DNA of 63,834 bases, filler included, from Atractiella rhizophila (taxonomy: Eukaryota): NCBI GenBank assembly GCA_021432655.1. It is 4 parts of 4 records of this genome, joined end to end, with 100 filler letters (N's around TTAATTAATTAA, not from the genome) between each part and the next. Parts side by side here need not be neighbours in the genome. Positions count along the whole stretch, not along the records: positions 60,420 to 63,834 come from MU271880.1; 3 more parts are not named here. The stretch is one strand, 5' to 3'. Position 1 is the stretch's first letter, and every line of letters starts with the position of its first letter. Positions 61,944 to 63,834 of this stretch are shown here, piece by piece. A program made the translations under genes and the position numbers. The notes below the pieces were generated by a model that was given only the letters and a program-made list of their open reading frames with translations, did no database searches and was not told the DNA's origin.

Positions 61944-63834
61944 ATGACGACGACGCCCACCGGAGTTCCGCCGTCCTCGGGACTGGCTTACAGCGGCGTT
62001 GGACGTACCTTCCCCATGACAGCAGCTGGCGTGAATGGTGGCGGTAGTCGCGGTGGAAGTGGGAGTGGTACTCCGATAGCCAGCGGAAGTGGGAGTGGAG
62101 CAGGACTGACGCTGAAGGATTTCCTGCCGTTCGACATCATGGACTCTGACATGTTCTCCGTCCACTACTCCTCTCTTCTTTCACAGGATCAACTCGTCTA
62201 TGCTGGTTAGTCGTCTCATTATCTAGTTCCAGCCATTCTTTCAGATTCATATATTGACGTTTGTGCTGTGCTGTGGATATAGGCATCACGCCAGAGGAGC
62301 AAAAGTCTGTGTTCTCCCAGTTGAAACGACAAGGAATCCACGAATTCATGCTCGCCCACGCCTCCTCCTCCATCCCACATCTCCGACGGGTCCTAGCCTG
62401 CTTCGGAGTCAACGTTAGTCCATCCCTCCTCTTCCCAGCCTAGCCCAGCCCAGCCATCGGAGACCACAAATGCTGACGTCGGTGTTCTGTGGGACACAGC
62501 CGGACTCCCTGAAGATCCAACCGTCCGATTTTTCAGCAGCGCTTTACCGTCCAGAAACTATCACTTCTCAATACCCCGAGTTGCTGGCTGAACCGTCGAC
62601 GGAGAATCAGATCAAGTCGAGGTTATTGACCGCTCTCTCTTGCACTGCTACTAAGGAGTGGGTACCGCCTCCATTCCCCGCTTTTCCTTTCTTGTGACCC
62701 TCTTGCGAGTTTCATTGATTGGTGGATGGATTGTGTGTGGCGGACAGGTTGAGGAGGAGAGAGAAGATCAAGAAGTACCATTCGGTTGACCATGTCCTCG
62801 ATTTACTCAAATCCAGCAGGAGGATCATCGTCCTCTCCGGAGCTGGCGGTTTGTCTCCCCACCTGTTATCTTTCTACCTGCAACTTGCGAAGTGAAGGCA
62901 AACATAGCCGCTGACTGACTTGTGGATTGGATATGTTTTAGTGAGCACAAGCTGCGGCATCCCCGACTTCCGTTCCGAGAATGGACTTTACGCCAAACTT
63001 CAGGAGAGGTATCCAGAGCTCCAAGACCCACAGGACATGTTTCGTTCGTTCCTTTCGCTCTCCATTTCCGTTTCTCGGTGCTAAACAATTGCTGACGGTC
63101 CTTTTTGTGTCCGGCACAGACATGGACGTGTTCCGTGATGACCCCTCCATCTTCTTCTCCTTCGCTCGCGAAATATACCCCTCCCAATTCACACCGGCGC
63201 CGTCCCACCAATTTGTCAAGCTTCTTCAAGACCAGAAACAGCTCCTTCGGTCTTACAGTGCGGTCTCCTTGCTTCTCATTTCCATGCGCCTTCACTGACC
63301 GGTGTGGTGTCGCAATGGCTGACGTGCAGCCCAAAACATCGACGGTCTCTTTCTGAAATGTGGAATCGACCCCGCCCGCTCGATCGAGTGTCACGGATCC
63401 TTCAAAACCGCCTCCTGCATCTCCTGCAAGACTCGTGTGCCAGGGACGGAGATCGAGGCTGCGCTTCTGAAGCAGGAAATGGAGTATTGTAAGTTATGTA
63501 GAGCCAAGTTAGAGAGCACTGTGGAGAAGAAAAGGACGAAGGGAGCACCGAAGAATTGGCAGAAGGGAAAGAGGGCTTTCGATGACGACTTTGATGACGA
63601 TTTGGTCGATTTGGAGGGAGAGTTGAAGAGGATAGTCATGAAACCAGTACGCGTTCCTCCTCCCTTTGACGCACCAATGTGGTAATGGATGGCAATCGGC
63701 AGGATATCACGTTTTTCGGTGAGAAGGTCGCCAACACTTATGATCGCTTTTTGCTCGCCGACCATAAGAAGGTCGACTTGATCGTCATCATGGGCACTTC
63801 GCTGCAGGTGGCTCCTGTCAGTCAACTGGTTTGT
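61944..63834 (+). CDS. SIR2: Sir2/Hst1-class NAD-dependent deacetylase (continues beyond window)
   Basis: IIVLSGAG|VSTSCGIPDFRS, FFSFAREIYP, SHQFVKLL, YT|QNIDGL, ECHGSF, C..C / C..C Zn sites, MKP|DITFFGE, DLIVIMGTSLQVAPV. Confidence 0.93.

Overview
Eukaryotic, intron-rich fungal scaffold, most likely a basidiomycete (short GT-AG introns, PL14 and GT90 genes, GGTTATGAGCCC-type Copia primer sites). The assembly is draft quality, with seven N-gaps (three of them 100-bp gaps carrying a TTAATTAATTAA spacer) and many single-base homopolymer indels. Left gene arm (0-21 kb): intron-containing tRNA-Val(CAC), an N/Q-rich ARID protein, a TBC Rab-GAP flanked by an F-box-like gene and its inverted pseudogene copy, a secreted PL14 lyase and a hypothetical gene. 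Centre (~21.3-44.0 kb): a ~23-kb transposon island with no recognisable host genes. It holds a near-intact but gag-less Copia pol, a patchwork of Copia, Helitron and LTR fragments with an AT-rich CpG-poor core, and a complete Copia (255-bp LTRs, CTCAA target-site duplication). That Copia hosts both a solo LTR (ATATT TSD) and a 3.7-kb TIR DNA transposon encoding an intron-rich IS630/Tc1/mariner-like transposase with an unusually long (~128 aa) second-D-to-E spacer. Right gene arm (44-64 kb): coatomer epsilon, 2OG-Fe(II) oxygenase, PWP2 head-to-head with RPS18, mitochondrial MTF1-like, GT90/CAP10-like, proteasome alpha1 exon 1 and a Sir2/Hst1 sirtuin. All calls come from manual motif recognition; no database searches were run.
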